In this document: positions 39,553 through 51,186 of the stretch, piece by piece
Layout: each line of letters opens with the position of its first letter
Position numbering within the stretch: the stretch's first letter is position 1
DNA from: Balanoglossus misakiensis
Lineage: Eukaryota; Animalia; Hemichordata
DNA: 64,000 nt
NCBI GenBank assembly: GCA_040954595.2
Contig: CM082589.2
Span: 5,639,186 to 5,703,185 of the forward strand
Direction of reading: 5' to 3'
Notes under the pieces: model-generated
What the model saw: the letters and a program-made list of their open reading frames with translations, nothing else
What the model was told of the DNA's origin: nothing
Database searches by the model: none
Position numbers and translations under genes: made by a program

Positions 39553-42500
39553 ATGGCCCCGCCAAAACCAAGACCCGGTAAACCGGGTACGAAGGAAGAT
39601 GATGATGATGATAACGGGGGCTTCGTCGACTCTCCGGCGCCCTGTAAATATTGTGAAAAACATCTTGCTTACAGGCGAGAGTACACGTTTGGTTTTCTGG
39701 ATGCTCTCTTCGTCATGGTTTCGATGGGAACCTTTGTTATTGACACCGGTACAGGTAAGCCCAGTCAACGGTACGATCAATGCATTCAACGTATGGACAA
39801 AGCTAACTGCAGTAACTGTAGCGTTTTCCGCCTTCTTTTGGCATTTTGACGATATCTAGGCCTTCTTTTGACATTTTGACGATTTTTCGCAAACCCAACA
39901 GAAAAAAACAAGAGCTACAATTATTGCAGCTAGGACAAAGCCAACCTTGACAAAGCCATGGATGGATGATCGGTCGGTCATGCATGGCAATCAGTGGTCG
40001 TACATCAAATGATCATTAGTTAAGATACGCTATTGCGTCTGATAACACGTAGTTAGTCGTGGTAACTCAATGCTAACGGTCCAGGACTGGCTAAACGTAC
40101 TGAAATCTTCACAATGAATGATACAATGACGTACAATCATTGATACGATTTCTATAAATGAAGTTATGAAATGAACATTATTTTTATGTTGGGGCTCCAT
40201 GTTCTGCTGGGGGACAAAACTCGAATCTACAATCAGATGAGAACAACGATTACATTTATAGCAATTTAACAAAAAACTGCACACTTTTTGCCATTCAAAT
40301 TGATAACTTTGTTTACATTTTCTTTTCAGATGCATTTGTAACCTACGAATACTTCTCGTCCCAGATGTACATTTCAGCTGCTCTGACTCTGTTGTTGATC
40401 TTTGTGCCGTCTCTTGTGATGCAAGTTTTCAGTACCAAGTGGTATCTCACAGATGACGACATGTCCTGGTTCAAGTGGATAGTGCACATCCTACAGATGG
40501 GACCTCTCTACAGGTGGGTCATTTTGTGTGGCTATGGGAAAGTTGAACCTCAGTAGTTAACAGCCTGGGAAACGAAACTTCCGGTAGCTTCAAACCATAC
40601 CCTGTGCGTTATCTATTTCCGCACTAACTTTTTACAGGTACATATCAGTTTTTAAGACGGGAGTGGAGGCGAGAAAGAGCATGGACGTGGTCGACTTTGA
40701 ACGACTCTACCACAAACAGAACGACGTCTGCATGTTGCGGCTCTTTGAAGCGTTCATGGAGTCCGCCCCACAGTTACTCCTTCAACTCTACATCTTGTTG
40801 ACCACAGATGAAGATCACATATGGACTGGTCAGTGCTTAATTACATTTTCCCTGGATTTGGATACACTTAAAATTTACAAGTGATTTTTACAACTCATTT
40901 TGGGATCCAAACAGTGCCCTCTATGGCCATATTTGACAAAGCATTCATTTGCAGCATATACTATACATTGTACTGTCTTTTTGTTTAACTCTAGGTGTTT
41001 CTGCTGTTGTGAGTTTGATCTCGCTGTCCTGGTCGATAGCTGCCTACAGCAAAGCTCACAGACAGGTCAGGGAAGACAAGAACACAGTATCGTGGCCTGG
41101 GTTGATATTGCAGATGATGTGGCGAATCGGAATGATCCTATCACGAGTCGTAGCGATCGTCTTCTTTGCTTCTTTCTTCAAAGTCTATACCTTTGCGGTG
41201 TTGGGTAAGTAGAAGTTTGTCATTTGTGGGTTTGGTACTACATGCGGTTACTGCCGCCCTGTTTTTATATAACTGGACTAAAGCGATTCTCAGAGGTTGA
41301 GTTTTATCTCCCATGGCACCTTGATACTCTCAAAGGATTCATGGAAGTGGTTAATTGTATATTTTCACAATTTTGTCTAGAAATATTAACAGTTAGTTCT
41401 GTTTACTGAATTTCAGAAAAGGTGTTGTTGAGCTTATTCCATGCGTGCCCATATAAATAGTACTTCTGATGTTTTTCTTCAATCCAGGAGTTCACTGGTT
41501 GGTAATGACAGTGTGGGTGTACGGCCAACAGACGGACTTCTGCGAGTCCTGGTGCATGGAGCGTCTCTTCAACTGCGTGATCGGCGTCGTCTACTGCTTC
41601 TGCTTCTTCAACCTGAAGGAAGGCGCGTCCCGCTACCGTCTCCTGGCGTTCTACAACGTCATGCTGCTGGAGAACTCCGGGTTGATCGTGGCGTGGTACT
41701 TGACGCGTCTTGAAGACGCTCCCATGCAGTGGTATGAGTACGCGGCGTTTGTTGCCGTCTGGGGTGGCTTCGTCTTGGGTAAGCACTTCTGATATTTTGC
41801 ACTGGTGTTAGAGTGTAAAATGCTGAAAGTTGCAATTACGAATATTTTATAATGTCTCACAAATAAATTCAAAGTTGGTCTACTTAGTATCAATTTCACG
41901 CAGTGTTCCTTATTCCCAGGAAAACACCAAGACGCAGTGTTTCAATTGAACACTCACTTTGTCAACTGAGTAAAATCTCTCGCCCCAAATCTTCTCTGCT
42001 GTCACCTGTATGCACAAAGAAGGGAGATACAACACAGGCACAACGACTGTATTCTGATTATAAGTCTTTTTCTGCAAATTTGCAGGTGTATTCTGCATGG
42101 TCGTTTACTACCAGTTCTTTCACCCAGTCGGCCATATCAGCGTCTGTCAGCCGTGCGCGGAAGTTCCGGGCGCAGACTCCGAATGCAACCACCACCAGGA
42201 GGAGGATGACGGACCACCTTCCCTTCGGCATCACGACAGCATACAAATCTTCGAAGTGTCAGAACTGCAGAAAACGAGAGACAGCCCCCTGGCGTTTCCC
42301 ATGCCTCGAACGCCGAGCGATGAATATCTCGACGACCGCCGGTCGCGCGCCGTCGAGATCGTCAACATGGGTAAGGCCGGTAACGCCGTCGTACCCAGCA
42401 GGGCCAAGTCTGTGTTGTCGCACAACCACAGCGAGATAGCTTCTTTGCACAGCCTGGGGTTATCCGGTTTCACTGACGACCTCCTCGGCCATTTCGACAA

Positions 42501-43866
42501 CGCCCAACTCGCACTGAACGACGACAATGACGCTAGCCACGTTGCGACGCTCCCGGCGAATATGAGCAGTCGGCCTGCGAGGGCGCTTCAGACACAGTCG
42601 GCGAGGAATTCGCCGTACATGACGGCGAAGGCGCGAATCAACAGGAGAGCGTGCTCTGCCTCGAACTCCTCGAAGCTCGCCGCTGGATCCAGTGCAGCGA
42701 GTAATAAAACAAACGCGACGGCGTCCCTAGAACAGCTTCCCGACATCTCTCTGGGCTCCCCGCCGAAGAGCACCGACGCGGCCGAGGTCAGAAAGATTTA
42801 CGAATCAATCCTCGGCTTTTACAAATCAAAGCCAATCTCGGCAAGGAAACTGTTCAAGTCGCGGGACTCCATAGAAGGGGACGTGTCAGGCGGCAGTCAG
42901 GTCAAAGGTCAGGGTAAAGGGCGCGATGACGCGAGCACAATTAAAACCGATAGCAAGCAGGAAGAAACTAGTAAGAGTCAGTTTGAGGTTCGTCTGGAAA
43001 AAGAAAAGTCGAAACAGGCGTCTCTGCCCGATAGGGAAAGTTCAAAGCCCATGATCACATCAGCTCAGATCAGAGAAGCGCTACAAACTTCAAAGCAATG
43101 TAAGAATTCCGAGGAAGCTATCCCGTCAGAAAATCCTCCGAGTCAGTCATGCACGGGCGAGCAGTCTGTCGCGTCGGAGATGAACCTCACCAAAGACGAG
43201 GAAAATCTGCAACAATTAATGGGGCAGGCCAACCAGGAGAATTACTACCACCTGGTCTCAAACTCCTTGCTCACGCTAAACAGCACGGGCATGTCTGACA
43301 GGAGTTTGATGAACCAATCAAAATTCGACAAACACGCAGGCAGATTCAAACCGGCCAATCAGATTTCAGATATCGACGAGGCAGCCAATCAGAATCCAGG
43401 GAAAGAATTCAAAGTCGGGGCGGGGAAGTCAAAACCGCAGCGCACCTCAACGCCCCTAACTGTCGGCGCGAGTTCCAAATTGTCTCTGCAAGCCCAAAAT
43501 CCCTCAGGGTCTCACCCAATACAGTCTGGCTCTCTTGTCAAAGGTCATCGCAAGTCAATCAGTGCCAAGGAGAATACTAAAGAAAATATCGCTGAATGTA
43601 AGAAAGAAAATATGGGAAAATCAGCGATTTCTAAAGATAAGAGTGTAGCTGAGGTGACCTCTAAGCCTTTATGCGATTCTGGTAACATAAAAGCTGGCGC
43701 CAAAACCGACACCGCAATCAAAGCCAATGCAGCTGGGGGAAACAATCCTAGATTAAAACAGGAAACAAAGCGAAACGCGATCAGAAAAGAAAGAAAATCA
43801 TTGACGGAATTACATGGTAATGTGAACATTGCTGAGAAAGTGTTCATTTTCGATAATCAGTACTGA
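39553..43866 (+). CDS. XK-related protein (XKR4/6/7/8-like phospholipid scramblase family), 952 aa with a long low-complexity C-terminal tail
   Basis: Exons 39553-39754, 40330-40513, 40638-40828, 40995-41204, 41488-41778, 42086-43866; GT-AG and phase-consistent (2859 nt). XK-family motifs: DVCMLRLFEAFMESAPQLLLQLY, SLISLSWSIAAY, SRVVAIVFFAS, HWLVM, FCFFNLKEG..RYR...Y...LLEN, YYQFFHP. Paralog identity cannot be fixed from sequence alone. Confidence 0.93.
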
Positions 43867-44936
43867 AAAAATAAATTCCAGTTTTTGAAAACTTATTTGA
43901 GACTCTCCTTAGTTAAATAGTAAGTTGCCCATTGTAGATGTATACCCATAACATGCTTGCAATTTTTTAAAATTTTTGATAATTATAAAAGCACTTTCAT
44001 TAATCACAGTAATTTGTCAATTTTCAAGATATTTTTTTAATAGTAAACTTTGACCTATGTGTAGAGGTGAAAGGTTAGGTGATGATTTGTTAATTATGAA
44101 CTCCACAAGTTCAGTGTATCTGTAGGGTTAGAATTTAGAGAAAGAAAATGAAATGTATTAATGTGTAATTTTTCACATAATTTTATAGAATTTTAAAGGA
44201 GTGTTTTAATCTTCAAACATATCAGAGGTATTTTCTAACCAATGTTGTCTATCCTTAAATTTCTCACAAAGTTAACTGCCAAAAAGAGTACAAGTGATTG
44301 ATAATTTCGTGGCCAGTTTGTTGTACCTGTATTCAATTGAATCAAGGGTTATTCCTTCAAGATACAAATTGCAATGGGGTTGTCAGCTGAGACAAGAAGA
44401 GAGCTTTCTTTTATTTTGTATCCTTTTATAATATTACATATTTGTGACTGCCATTTTTGATGAAACTGCCAAATCTGAAATCGAGTACTTTTTTCTTTAC
44501 ATTATAGATTTCCTTTACTTCAGTACATTTTAAATATTACAAAGTTGTGTGACCAAAACTGCTTTCTCAGAACTTCAGATGTTTATTTGTTATTTTTATT
44601 TACACTTTGCAAGATTTTTTATTTTATTGGCATGTAAGAGAAATAGTTCTAAAGCCTTGAAGCTATTACATGTTTTATTTATTAGTTGTTTTAGCATTTT
44701 CTGCGAATGGCAACTTTTTTTGTATCAAGATTGCTGTATTTTATATTTTAAAGTGCGTGCCTTACAAAAATGATTTTATTTTGAATTAGATTTTTATGAT
44801 GCTTAATTTTAGAGATTATATGTACATATTGGATTCATTACAAGCACAGTCAATAGTAATTATATATGATTGTTTTTGCATTTTTCTGCACATAGATGCT
44901 TGGACGGCTTCATAAGGAGCCTTATATTTTGTGGTC

Positions 44937-44942
44937 AATAAA
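44937..44942 (+). terminator. Candidate distal poly(A) signal of the XKR gene
   Basis: AATAAA at the end of about 1.07 kb of AT-rich UTR-like sequence, followed by GT-rich sequence. A proximal AATAAA also lies at about 43870. Confidence 0.5.
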
Positions 44943-46450
44943 GACCATCTACTATACTTGCGCATGTGTGGTCTTGTTTTCTCAAATGTGTCCGTCTTTC
45001 ATACTTTACGGTAAATTCAAATTGGTCTAGTACCCAGCCATATGTTCTTTCACAAATCAATGTGTCGGTAATAGTCAAAAGAAAAATGAATTGTGAACGT
45101 AGGGGGCGTCATTACCCCCCCCCCCCCCCCCCCCCCCCCGAGAGGACGTTCACCCATCATCGAGTGTGTAGTTACTTTCTAATCGTTCCTTTCTCACACT
45201 GCCATGTTTGTTCATGGCGTGGCGGGTTAGCGCTCTTCAAATGCTGTCTTATAAATTCTGCATTTTTCGTCGCGCTTTTAATCCTCATAACTTTGTTAAA
45301 ATCCCCACGTACTATTATTCTCAAGTGCCACACGCTGTGGCGAAATTGTGCATGTTTATAACTTTTGTCCATGAGACCCAATCGAAAAGTGATTCTAGTT
45401 GTTACCAGTATTCAAAGGATTTATTAAAAATTAATACTTATTAATTCTGTTACCCAAAGACAGGTTTCGGGAGAACCCCACGTCGATCTATGTAAGATAG
45501 GCCTAACTGTCTTAGTACCCCTGCGACATAATATCCCCGTGCACCAAAGCCTGTTGGTCGATGTTTGTGGTTTGTTATAACCATAGAATGTTAGACAGCA
45601 AATGCAACACGATGGCAACTGGCCAGGCGACAGATCGTACACGATGACGTCAAGGAATTATGGGAAGACCATTTGCTCGAGTGTGGATTGTCGGTGAGTA
45701 AACACGACTCCTGTAAACGAAACATGTGTTGCACAACACTTGTCGCAAGTATTAAGCTTATTCGGAACCAGTTCGGCAACTGTCCACACCATATAAAGCT
45801 GGTTCTCGTTACGGGTGGGTAAACACTGAATCTGAAAAGTCAGGTTTTATAGCGGTTTGCGTTCAGTGACGAGGGCTGTGTGATGAGAAAATGTCGTTAA
45901 TGCAGTTGGCGGCGGATTTATCCGTAGGCGAGTACAGAACAGGTACGGTCGCTCGTTTCGCGTAATACAAACGGCTGTCGACACAACAGTCTCTGTACGA
46001 AATTATAATCGATCATTTTACAGGCCGATATCCCTGGTAATCCATTCCAAATTGTCGCGTTGAAAAGTTTAAAAAAACACACACACTATATTTAAACTAG
46101 CGGATACGAGGATTGCATTTCACGTAATACAACAAAACTCGCATGTTTTATATATATAATAAATATTGACAGGTTGCGTCAATCAGCGATCGCATTACGG
46201 CAGGACTGTGTGTGTATCCCGTTTGCACTCAGTTGTCCTAAGTGAAGCAGGGGGCAACGTGGTGAGTCCTAATCGTAGTCACAGCTTGGGAGAGGTCATA
46301 TCAATCATATAAGCCGAGCAAAGTAACACACGCTATTGTTAACACTGGTTTCAATTTCGCGTTCACCATAGAAAGGAACTTATCCCGTTTAAAGCCGGCG
46401 TCTTCATAAATGTTTTGGGGTAGTCGCTACCCCTGTACACGTACACAGCC

Positions 46451-49400
46451 ATGTTGCCTCGCACTCTGCGCCGCCGTTTCCTCGTCACAGTCACAATCTC
46501 CGCGACGCTCTTATGCTTCTTTTCCGTCGTCACGAGGAATCAACGATGGCGTTACTTCTCAACGTTGGACGAGGAGCAGGACGAGCGTGGAGTGGGAACC
46601 GCCACATACTCGACTTTTCAGGTGCAAAGACACACCCTCATGTCTGCTGCCGCCACGACAGAACGAGGAGCCACCCCGCAGGACAGTTATTTTCCAACGT
46701 TACCGGAGAGGGCACGTCTGACCAGCACGACGGTAAGCCTAAACTTCTGGTTAACATTAAAACCAGTAGCCGTTCACCGGGCGTGCGGCAGTTGCGTTTT
46801 GCTGTTATGTCAAAGGCCCAAAGAAAATCTAACAAGCTTGTTTCAGGAAGACCTCTTTTTTAATCTTATATGATCATATATGGCAAGGAGTTGTAATTCA
46901 CCATGGCATTCTGAATTGCTATAAGGTTCCATTTCATGCGTTTTCTGACAGGGTAGATACTACTTTCATTCCGCTTAGGTCAACAGTACTACGCATTTAT
47001 ATATGTAATGCAAGGACAGTACGTCTGTACCATATTTTACAACTACAATCGCTCAATTTAGCAAAGATGCACAATATACAAACCAAACAGTGTTTTTGGA
47101 GGGGCTGACGGAGGAGGGTACGTACAGCTTATCGTAACTTATCCCGACCGTGAGGGTTGCGTTAGGCTGAACACAAAATTCACTTGGCACAAATGTAGCA
47201 GAATATATCTAATATGAAGGATCATATACACACACGCAGCTGTGCGTGTCGAAATCTCTTGCTAATCTGGAATTAGAGAAACTTGTAAATAACCGAAATA
47301 CTGTTCACCCTTACAAATCAAAACATGTATATGTGACACACGCACAAAATATTAATACTTTAATTCTTTATCCCAAGGTAAACCCTTCTAAGCCTATCAC
47401 ACACATGATACTTCACGTTGAAGCTGATGATGAGGGGGTGAGCATTTTTCTCCAAACGCAATGCGCAAATTTACTAACACTAGTAACAGATCGCAAAATC
47501 CAGAGAAACGCAGCCTGACATAAATTACATGTCCAACTTCAAGTCCATAATGATCGCTCGTGGTTTTTTTTCGGGGGGGGGGGGGTAGGGGGTGCGGATG
47601 CATTCATCACCACCGGAGAAGGTAGACATAGCAATGCGTAATGAGTTCAACGCACTATACCACCAGATCTTAATGAAATTTTACATTGGAAAAAACTTCT
47701 TTAAGAGAATATAGGTAACAGAAACTACTATCGAGAATAATAACGAATTCATCAACTTCACATTTCGCCCAAAAGTATAAACAAAATCGTGTTTAGTTGT
47801 CCAGCTGTGATCCCAAATTACCGCAACCACGGACAAATGAATGTCTGTTATTTCGTGTAAATCCTGCTGTTGCCATCTATTGTTTGTTTTCTTTTGTTGA
47901 TTACAGTATGCCGACCGAACAGATTTTTAGTTTCCACTGAGCGCGATGTAGTTACCACGTCAGCGACAATCCTATCACTCATATCAGATCGTATGCGAAA
48001 TTGTCGAGTTGGGGCGCCACCTAATGGCGGAGCGACTCTCTGCTTTTAGATATACTCGTGCCACATACTATAAATACTACCATTTGTGGTGATCACGAAG
48101 AGACGTGACGCTTGAACATAGCATATCACAACACAATATAACTTAAAGGCCGAGGACTGTCTTATGCGCATGTGCATAATTCGTGTGCACAAACATTATT
48201 GTTAGGACAACACACTACCTTATGACCTTTCCTGTATACAAATTCTGTAACCAGAGCCTCTAGTTTGGCACATGCGCATAAGATTATAGTCATCCTTTAA
48301 GAGTAATCAATATTACAACATGAACTCCATCACCACAATGTTATCAAATTGTAAATCTCGTTGACATTTTTCTCTTGTATTCGCATTTCACATTTTTGTT
48401 GCATGGACGAAAAAAAGGCTACCAGGGTGACCAAGGAAATGCGATACCTCTTATACATCAACGCAAAGGGTCGAGGGGGTCCGAACTGCCAGTTTGGCGC
48501 CTTCAGAAACGCCCTGATGTATTCCATGGCCTACAACTTCACCCTATCGTCTGCCATTCTCTTCCACACACACGCCGTCTACGACAAGGTATCGGGTACG
48601 AGATCTCTCGAGGAGACGTTCGACATGGAAAAGTTGTCCGAAATTGTGGACATAGCACCGGTTGAGACATTCAAAGAAGCGTGCAACTCCACGGTGGAGG
48701 TTGTGTTGTCATCGTCGCCACCTAGCAACAAATCCAAAATACGCAGACACAGTTTGTACGAGCAGACAGCCGACATATACTTTGACGTCTACGGAATACG
48801 CTTGCCGAGCCAAGACAAGGTTATCGATATAAAACACCACACACGCCAAAGGTTCGAGGCGGCCTCTCGAGTGAAGTGTGTCGGCGCCTGGGTTATCAAA
48901 CATTCCGATTTGAAGCTAGACCCCAATCTGCACGCGGATGCCATTGGTCACATGACTTATTCACGTGATGTCAAATTAGCAGCCATGGAAGTGTGGAAGC
49001 GGAGTTTGCACGATCGGCCATACCTGGCCTTGCACTGGCGAAATAAACCTCAGGAAGAGTACGGTACCCTTTAGTTAAATTATTTTAAACCAAGGGCATT
49101 TTCTCGTCATTTGTAGGCAGAATTCTCTGGGGGTGTGTGTTGATGACGTTTGGCACTGCTAATGCTCAGTACCTTTAAATAGGTTTTTGCTACCTAGGTG
49201 AGTGATAAAAACCCGACCAACAGAATTTCAAGATGGCGGATTTTTGTCATGTTCAAAAAAAACGAGTTCTGTAGGCTACCTACAAAGACAGAACTTTTAG
49301 ACACAATTGCGTCATGAAATGCAGGTATGATATCATTCCTTAAAACTCTTGCTGCAGTGGCCAGTCGACCTTTTTACCCACAATGCAATTATTATAATGT

Positions 49401-50438
49401 GGTTTGACTCCCTAGCACGTGGTAAAAACTATTTATGTTGGCGAGATTTATCGGCATCCAATTGTTTCACTGCAAGCAAATTTTAGCGTCTCCCATCGCA
49501 AATCTTGTCCGTCTGAAATTCTCTGTGTTCATTGCCCCCAGATTCACCATGTGCAAGAAGCGACAGAACGATATAACAAAATGCACCGCCTTGAAATACG
49601 AAGTTGGAGCACTACACCAAGCAGCTCCCTCTATCGCCATGTCCATTCGAGAGTTCATGGACAAACATCACTTTTCTCAAATCTATGTCGCTTTTCCACC
49701 AATAGCTAGCGTAAGTCATCTTTTTAGAACAGTAATTGAGTGTTGGCTCACTCCATGATTATTTAATTTTTCGATATTTTGTTCTCTGATAGATACCTTG
49801 CAAACATGCCCGTATATACAAAAGCAGTCATTTTGTTTGCCGTTGGCGCCCTTCAATTGCCCCTTCAACTATAACCGACGAGTACTCATACCAACCTGTT
49901 CTATCCTCGCACAGAACATTCTGGAAACTCTACGTGACGTCGGGGTGCATGGCGTCATTTCCGCAGAAAACATCACAGGTGACGTGTACCCCGAGTTGGC
50001 ACTCCGGAAAGATGACAATTATTTCTGGTCCCTGGTTGAAGAACAGATCTGTATCAGTAAGTGTTGTCATAGCGTCGAACTCGAAGAATTATAACGTACT
50101 ATCTGTTTCTCTGTGTGACAAAACACGACCCAGACTTTGGTTTCAATTGAGACTTGTCTCAAACTCTGAAACTACATACACTGCAGTATTTCTGTTACTG
50201 TTCTTCAAATCTACGCATAATTAAAATAGGATGAAAACAGATTGAGCCGCACAGAAAGAATGCACTGACCATCATGTTTCTATCTCACCTCTTTGCCTGT
50301 ACAGATTCCGAGATTTTCATTGGCTACTATCAAAGCACGTGGTCGGCCGCCGTTAATCACGCGAGACAAGCTCTGAACAAGAAAACAATATCAATAGCGA
50401 TGTTTTCTGGCAACTACACCACGCATACCTACACGTGA
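46451..50438 (+). CDS. Type II membrane GDP-fucose O-fucosyltransferase-family protein (O-FucT, GT-B fold), about 455 aa
   Basis: Exons 46451-46732 (basic tail, TM signal anchor, Thr-rich stem), 48418-49058, 49542-49710, 49915-50056, 50305-50438; phase-consistent. Motifs: YLLY...GRGGPNCQF, YLALHWR, IYVA, and SLVEEQICINSEIFIGYYQSTWS (compare POFUT2 IIDQWICAHA.FFIGT..STFS). The exon 2 acceptor (AAG at 48417) is the least certain junction. Confidence 0.8.
48147..48296 (+). mobile_element. Kolobok-type MITE family B in intron 1 of the O-FucT gene
   Basis: TTAA at 48143-48146 and 48297-48300; AGG...CCT termini; subterminal inverted repeat TCTTATGCGCATGTGC / GCACATGCGCATAAGA. Confidence 0.7.
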
Positions 50439-50601
50439 TGTTTTCAGTGCTGTTGACACACATCATGAACTCTGACAGTGTTCCAAGCAGTGGGTATACT
50501 GTTATGCACGAACAAAGAACGCGAACTTGCCTGGCTAGAGCATTACTGGCGTGACTTTCAAAACATAACACAGTCAATTTCGTCGAGATTTTGGAGAATG
50601 T

Positions 50602-50615
50602 TTTATTGAAATAAA
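50602..50615. terminator. Back-to-back poly(A) signals TTTATT-GA-AATAAA
   Basis: AATAAA on the plus strand (50610-50615) downstream of the O-FucT stop, and on the minus strand (50607-50602) downstream of the GPCR stop. Confidence 0.55.
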
Positions 50616-51186
50616 GAGACTACATGTAACAGCGTGGATGTCGTCATAATCTTTAGATTAGAAAACATTTTGGCAAGGGTCGTTTCAATCTAAAATCACA
50701 GTTGGGGACACAATGCACTATTGTTTTTCTTTTATAAGGATGTATCGCAATGGATATCTAATGTTAACAACGATTTGTCAAATGGTACATACTTTACATT
50801 AAAAAAACTAACGATGTTTACGGAACTTTTATGAAATAAACACAATCTAAAAATAATTCTAGGTGAAGATATTGGTAGCTATGTTAGTTATGGGTATTTG
50901 CTAAAATATATTGTGTCCTGGATATTCATATTATTATTATATGGTGGCATGCATATAAATGATGTCTGAAGATTGAACTTACAAAATTATCAAATACATT
51001 CAATATACATGTACAGACAAATTAGATGATAATATTGTTAGATATGTTAGTTATGGGTAATTACTAAATATACTAGTATATTGTATCCATAGATGGATGG
51101 ATAGATGGATGGATGGATAGATAGACACTTGAACACTCGGATAGTATGCTTTGGTGTTCAATTGCAGGCCAAGTTCATGACCGATT

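Noticed and set aside
47908-47990. Possible extra exon of the O-FucT gene (strong TTACAG acceptor, GTATGC donor)
   Set aside because: In the required phase 0 it hits TAG after 7 codons. Only a 39-nt sub-exon from a weak internal AG would stay in frame, so it was left out pending RNA-seq.
46451-50438. Assigning the symbol POFUT1 because human POFUT1 is near HM13 and XKR7
   Set aside because: The protein lacks POFUT1-diagnostic motifs and has type II membrane topology; synteny alone is insufficient.
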